IMG/VR virus record: IMGVR_UViG_3300045988_046511
DNA from: a virus
Reading direction: 5' to 3' (one strand)
Length of the DNA stretch: 45,247 nucleotides
Part shown: positions 41,852 through 45,247 of the stretch, piece by piece
Position numbering within the stretch: position 1 is the first letter of the stretch
Layout of the letters: every line of letters starts with the position of its first letter
Program-made: the position numbers and the translations under genes
The notes under the pieces: generated by a model
What the model was told of the DNA's origin: nothing
Seen by the model: the letters and a program-made list of their open reading frames with translations, nothing else
The model's database searches: none

Positions 41852-42526
41852 ATGAGCGCAACGAGCCTAAAGCCTGTCATTGAGAAACTTGAAAGTTTAT
41901 TTTCAAGTTTCAATCAGAAGTTCTACAACGGCGAACTTCAAATCCCGGTTATCACGGTAAGCCCGGACACGACAAAGGGCGCGTATGGGTGGTGTACATC
42001 GTGGAAAGCATGGAGCAACCTTGACCCGGACAGCAAGACCACGGATATTTCCCAAATGAGCAAAGCGGATTTGGACGCGATGCAGAATGAGGGCTTTTAC
42101 GAAATCAATATCTGTGCTGAACACCTTGCAAGACCCTTTGAACAGGTTGCGGAAACTCTGCTTCACGAAATGGTTCATCTGTACAATCTTCAGATCGGTG
42201 TACAGGACACAAGCCGGAACGGTACATATCACAACAAGAAGTTCAAGGAAGCGGCTGAACAGCACGGTTTGGATGTGGGTAAAGACCCTAAGTATGGGTG
42301 GACAATTACCACGCTGGACGAGGGAGCAAGGGCTTTCGTGGACAGCTTGCAGGACAAGAAGTTTGAACTTCACAGAAAGCACTTGCCGAAAATTCCCGGT
42401 CTGTCAAAAGCCAAACAGTCCAGCCGAAAATATGTTTGTCCGATGTGCGGTTTGATTATCCGGGCAACAAAGGAAGTCAACGTGATTTGCGGTGATTGTG
42501 GGTGTGCTTTTGAAGAGGATGAATAA
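41852..42526 (+). CDS. SprT-like Zn-metalloprotease-domain protein with a C-terminal zinc ribbon
   Basis: AETLLHEMVHLYN (HExxH) and CPMCGLIIRATKEVNVICGDCGC. ATG 41852 lies after AAAGGA. The track start at 41750 would run through the promoter. Confidence 0.75.
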   Translation: MSATSLKPVIEKLESLFSSFNQKFYNGELQIPVITVSPDTTKGAYGWCTSWKAWSNLDPDSKTTDISQMSKADLDAMQNEGFYEINICAEHLARPFEQVAETLLHEMVHLYNLQIGVQDTSRNGTYHNKKFKEAAEQHGLDVGKDPKYGWTITTLDEGARAFVDSLQDKKFELHRKHLPKIPGLSKAKQSSRKYVCPMCGLIIRATKEVNVICGDCGCAFEEDE

Positions 42527-42527
42527 C

Positions 42528-42758
42528 ATGAACGACAGAGCGAAAGAAATCATTGTTAGAGAGCTTAAACAACTGGTTTGGATGTGCCACAAGAACGACT
42601 TTGACGCGGAACAGGCACAGCATGAATTTTTCCGTTTTCGTGGAATGACCTTTGCGCTGTGTCAAGCTGGCCTGATCTCTAAAGAATATCGAAAGATAAT
42701 GAATGAGAACAGCAAGCGGGTTTACTGGAAAGCACGAAAAAGCCATTCGGGGGAGTAA
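42528..42758 (+). CDS. hypothetical 76-aa protein
   Basis: ATG 42528 lies 10 nt after GAAGAGGA and just after the upstream TAA. Confidence 0.5.
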   Translation: MNDRAKEIIVRELKQLVWMCHKNDFDAEQAQHEFFRFRGMTFALCQAGLISKEYRKIMNENSKRVYWKARKSHSGE

Positions 42759-42928
42759 TCCCCCTACCTAATGTAGCCGTGGACGGTCACAAGCCCGTGT
42801 AAATACAGAGTGGGTAGCACCTTGAAAATTGAATCTGTCCGGCAACAGTATACAAAACTGGTAAGGGGTGACAATGTGAATCCCCTGCATAAGTGCTGTA
42901 CATAATTTTGAAAGAAAGGATTGATTGT

Positions 42929-43147
42929 ATGAATAAAAAGTTGCTTAGAAGCGAAATGATTCTTCACGATGATACCAATTCTACGCTTGCAAATGCGTTG
43001 GGTATCTCTCCGCAGTCCCTTTCCTCTAAGATGAACGAAACCAACGGAGCGGAGTTCACACAAAAGGAAATTTCTAAGATTCGCGCAAGGTACAACTTGA
43101 CGGATGAAAAAGTAATCGCTATTTTTTTCACCACAAGTGTATCTTAA
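42929..43147 (+). CDS. small HTH DNA-binding protein (Cro/regulator-like)
   Basis: ATG 42929 lies after AAAGGA. TLANALGISPQSLSSKMN is an HTH-like segment. 72 aa. Confidence 0.6.
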   Translation: MNKKLLRSEMILHDDTNSTLANALGISPQSLSSKMNETNGAEFTQKEISKIRARYNLTDEKVIAIFFTTSVS

Positions 43148-43156
43148 ATAGATACA
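43138..43156. promoter_or_regulatory. second perfect TGTATC-N7-GATACA operator copy
   Basis: TGTATC 43138-43143 and GATACA 43151-43156. It overlaps the stop of the HTH gene and lies 20 nt upstream of the PAPS-reductase-like gene start. Confidence 0.5.
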
Positions 43157-43175
43157 GATGAAAGGATGAAGTGAT

Positions 43176-44279
43176 TTGAAAACTGTTCAAGATATTATGC
43201 GTGAGAACAACTCACTTGCAAACGTGGAGAGGTTCAACGCTATGCAGAAGTGGGATTACAAGAGGAAAGTAGTCCACGCGCAAGAGATGGCGGAAGCCTT
43301 TTACAGCTGGGCGCGGGAGCATGGGAAGAATGTTCATCTTTCCGTTGGTGGTCTGGATTCCATCACCTTGCATTATTTCCTTGAAAGTATCGGATTGCCC
43401 GTGACCTGTATTTCCTGCTCTTCCCTTGAGGGGCGCGGCGTACAGGAAGTTCACAAGCGGATCGCGCAGGAAATGAGCGCAGAATACAAAGACTGGATGG
43501 GTGACGGGGAAGCCCCGGCGTTCGTCTTTTTGAAGCCGCTGAAGAACAAAGTACAGATTTTGCAGGAATGCGGATGGCCTGTTATTTCCAAAGAAAAGGC
43601 CGGAAAGATCGCCCTCTTGCAGAATCCCACCCAAAAAAACGCCACAGTTCGACACGCTATTATCACAGGCGAAACGGGCGAGTATGGCGGTTTTCGCAAA
43701 AGTACCCGCATGAAGTTACCGCAAAAGTGGCTTGAACTGTTCGGCGGTGCTGATCCAGAGGGTGCGGCACTGGGATATAAGGCCGCACCGTTCAAAGTGT
43801 CTGATAGGTGCTGTTACTACCTCAAAGAGAAACCTTGTTCCGACTGGGCGAAAGAACACAACAGCGTTCCTTACATGGGGCTTATGGCGAGTGAGGGCGG
43901 CAGACGTGAAAAAGCCCTCAAGCTGAACGGGTGCAATTACTACGGTAAGACTACCACCCGTTCCGCACCGTTCGCAATTTTCAGCCGACAGGATATTTTG
44001 CGGCTTGCCCTTGATCTGAACGTACCCGTTCCCGCCGAATATGGCGAAATCGCTATGGACGAAAACGGGCAGTTGTACACCACTAAGGCACAGCGCACAG
44101 GTTGTACCATGTGCGGATTTGGTATTCACATTGAGAGCCGCCCGCACCGTTTTGATGTTCTTCGTGAAAACAACCCCCGCGAATGGGAATTTTGGATGAA
44201 GAACGTATGCACCGATGAAAATGGTGAGAAATACGGTTGGGGTCGGATTCTTGATTATATTGGCGTGGAATGGGAGTGA
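43176..44279 (+). CDS. PAPS reductase / PP-loop ATP-pyrophosphatase family protein
   Basis: HLSVGGLDSITL (SGGxDS-type PP-loop). C-terminal Cys pair CTMCGFG. 367 aa. TTG start at 43176 after GAAAGGA. Confidence 0.7.
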   Translation: MKTVQDIMRENNSLANVERFNAMQKWDYKRKVVHAQEMAEAFYSWAREHGKNVHLSVGGLDSITLHYFLESIGLPVTCISCSSLEGRGVQEVHKRIAQEMSAEYKDWMGDGEAPAFVFLKPLKNKVQILQECGWPVISKEKAGKIALLQNPTQKNATVRHAIITGETGEYGGFRKSTRMKLPQKWLELFGGADPEGAALGYKAAPFKVSDRCCYYLKEKPCSDWAKEHNSVPYMGLMASEGGRREKALKLNGCNYYGKTTTRSAPFAIFSRQDILRLALDLNVPVPAEYGEIAMDENGQLYTTKAQRTGCTMCGFGIHIESRPHRFDVLRENNPREWEFWMKNVCTDENGEKYGWGRILDYIGVEWE

Positions 44280-44285
44280 TCTAAA

Positions 44286-44702
44286 ATGTCGTTTGCAAAC
44301 AAGCTGAAAGGCTTGATGGAAGAACTTGATCTTACACAGGCTAAGGTTTCGGACTTAACCGGGATCGGGCGTTCTTCTATCAGTCAGTACGTTTCCGGCA
44401 AAAATGAGCCGTCTAAGGAACGCCGGAAAGAAATTGCCCGTTCGCTGGGAGTACAGGATAACTACTTTGAAGAGTATGACCCGGTTGCAACTGTTCAATA
44501 CAATTCAACCGTCAATCTCCCTGTTGAACTTGTGGCAAAGCTTATGAAGAAATCCCCCCGGTTTGTTCGCCGGGGCTTACAGGACGGGGTTTTCCCGTGG
44601 GGTTACGCCGTGAAGCTGGAACATTGGAGTTACTTTATCTCCTCTGTTAAGTTCACCGAATGCACCGGGATTCAGATTCCCGCTGTTGAGGTATCGGCAT
44701 GA
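44286..44702 (+). CDS. XRE-family HTH protein with a C-terminal extension
   Basis: LKGLMEELDLTQAKVSDLTGIGRSSISQYVSGKNEPS. Confidence 0.75.
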   Translation: MSFANKLKGLMEELDLTQAKVSDLTGIGRSSISQYVSGKNEPSKERRKEIARSLGVQDNYFEEYDPVATVQYNSTVNLPVELVAKLMKKSPRFVRRGLQDGVFPWGYAVKLEHWSYFISSVKFTECTGIQIPAVEVSA

Positions 44703-45247
44703 ACGGCAAGTATTACGGACGCTTGGAAGTCCGTTACCACAAGAAAGAAGCCGCAAGGCTTGAGCATATCAAAAACAAAAGAAAGAGGTCTAAGACGATG
44801 GTTAAAGGCTATAAGGTGTTCAACCCTGATTGGACGTGTAAGGGCAAGCAGTATACTTGCCCCGGCACTTTTGAAGAGGATGTAAACCCGTCTGTCTGCA
44901 ATGTGGGTATGCACTTCTGCAAAAATGCCGCAGACTGTTTCCGTTACTATGATTTTGACCCGAATAACCACGTTGCTGAAGTGATCGCCCACGGTACAGT
45001 TGCAGAGGGCGAGGATAAGTGTGCAACGAACAAGCTGGAAATCGTGCGGGAAATCCCTTGGGGTGAAGTCCTTGAGATCGTGAACACGGGAAAGGCTTGC
45101 ACTGGACGTTGCAACAGCGGCGACTGCAACAGCGGCAACTGGAACAGCGGCGACTGGAACAGCGGCAACCGCAACAGCGGCAACTGGAACAGCGGCGACT
45201 GCAACAGCGGCGACTGCAACAGCGGCAACCGCAACAGCGGCAACTGG
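44699..45247 (+). CDS. N-terminal part of the pentapeptide-repeat protein (partial; continues at base 2)
   Basis: The frame is open from ATG 44699 (ATGA overlap) to the window edge with no stop. An alternative start is ATG 44798 after AAGAGG. A Cys-rich globular domain (MVKGYKVFNPDWTCKGKQYTCPG...GMHFCKNAADCF) is followed from 45110 by CNSGD/CNSGN/WNSGD... units. Confidence 0.7.
   Translation, partial: MNGKYYGRLEVRYHKKEAARLEHIKNKRKRSKTMVKGYKVFNPDWTCKGKQYTCPGTFEEDVNPSVCNVGMHFCKNAADCFRYYDFDPNNHVAEVIAHGTVAEGEDKCATNKLEIVREIPWGEVLEIVNTGKACTGRCNSGDCNSGNWNSGDWNSGNRNSGNWNSGDCNSGDCNSGNRNSGNW
45110..45247 (+). repeat. 15-nt in-frame tandem repeat, right portion
   Basis: About 9 units of TGC/TGG/CGC AAC AGC GGC GAC/AAC. 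Same family as 1-130. Confidence 0.9.

Larger units (their letters stand above)
1..45247. mobile_element. Essentially complete temperate contractile-tailed phage/prophage genome (PBSX/Xkd-like tail module); contig ends overlap
   Basis: Uninterrupted phage gene order: replication, terS/terL, portal, MuF, scaffold, capsid, sheath/tube/tape measure/baseplate/fibre, holin-endolysin, integrase-repressor switch. Bases 45226-45247 equal bases 1-22. Bases 45166-45247 match 1-82 at 79 of 82 positions in the same reading frame. Confidence 0.85.

Noticed and set aside
42759-42928. 170-nt non-coding gap between the 76-aa ORF and the Cro-like HTH gene, with GGGGGA/TCCCCC and AGGGG/CCCCT hairpins
   Set aside because: I found no convincing promoter, terminator U-tract or known RNA motif. 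It is noted as possibly structured but unsupported.
45110-45247. Regular 15-nt repeats at both window ends as a possible CRISPR array or terminal repeat
   Set aside because: There are no spacers between the units. The period is 15 nt and in frame with flanking coding sequence on both sides, so this is a coding pentapeptide repeat and not a CRISPR array. Likewise the 60-nt and 84-nt repeats (26443-26607, 33756-34091) are in-frame protein repeats.
1-45247. Search by eye for tRNA, rRNA, CRISPR arrays, transposase/IS elements, toxin-antitoxin pairs and known multi-gene defence systems
   Set aside because: None were recognised. There are no cloverleaf-like segments in the few non-coding gaps and no repeat-spacer arrays. 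The only mobile-type enzymes are the integrase and the DGR RT. Absence cannot be proven without tRNAscan, CRISPR and HMM tools.

Overview
The window reads as one essentially complete genome (about 45 kb) of a temperate, contractile-tailed phage or prophage with a PBSX/Xkd-like tail and baseplate module. By gene content it is probably from a Firmicutes/Clostridia-type host (inference). Nearly everything is on the + strand; the exception is a three-gene lysogeny block at 39.6-41.7 kb (integrase, an 87-aa ORF, a cI-like repressor). The two window ends overlap inside a 15-nt tandem coding repeat, so the contig is circular or terminally redundant and one gene is split across the ends. Layout: early/replication genes at 0.5-13.5 kb (SNF2 helicase, VRR-NUC, Cas4-like nuclease fused to a Sak4-like ATPase, DUF669-like protein, DNA polymerase, primase-helicase, NPPY methyltransferase, MazG-like and HD-domain proteins). 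Next come a late regulator plus terS/terL, portal, MuF, scaffold, capsid and connectors (13.8-23.6 kb), then sheath, tube, frameshifted chaperone, tape measure, baseplate and tail fibre (23.6-35.9 kb). Lysis genes are at 38.1-39.4 kb, the lysogeny module and genetic switch at 39.6-41.85 kb, and early accessory genes at 41.85-45.2 kb (SprT-like protease, HTH proteins, PAPS-reductase-like enzyme, pentapeptide-repeat protein). The stand-out system is a diversity-generating retroelement (DGR). A 120-bp variable repeat at the 3' end of the tail-fibre gene pairs with a non-coding template repeat about 90 bp downstream, and every one of the 30 differences falls on a template adenine. A DGR-type reverse transcriptase follows, and no Avd-like accessory gene is visible. 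Other points worth follow-up: a duplicated palindrome-plus-TATAAT promoter in front of both the late-regulator gene and the integrase operon; a promoter followed immediately by a terminator upstream of terS; a predicted antisense sRNA next to the integrase start; a MuF protein with a C-terminal HExxH domain; a methyltransferase whose N-terminus is out of frame by one AC unit; and a TGTATC-N7-GATACA operator set. All functional calls come from motif recognition by eye and from gene order. No database search was run.
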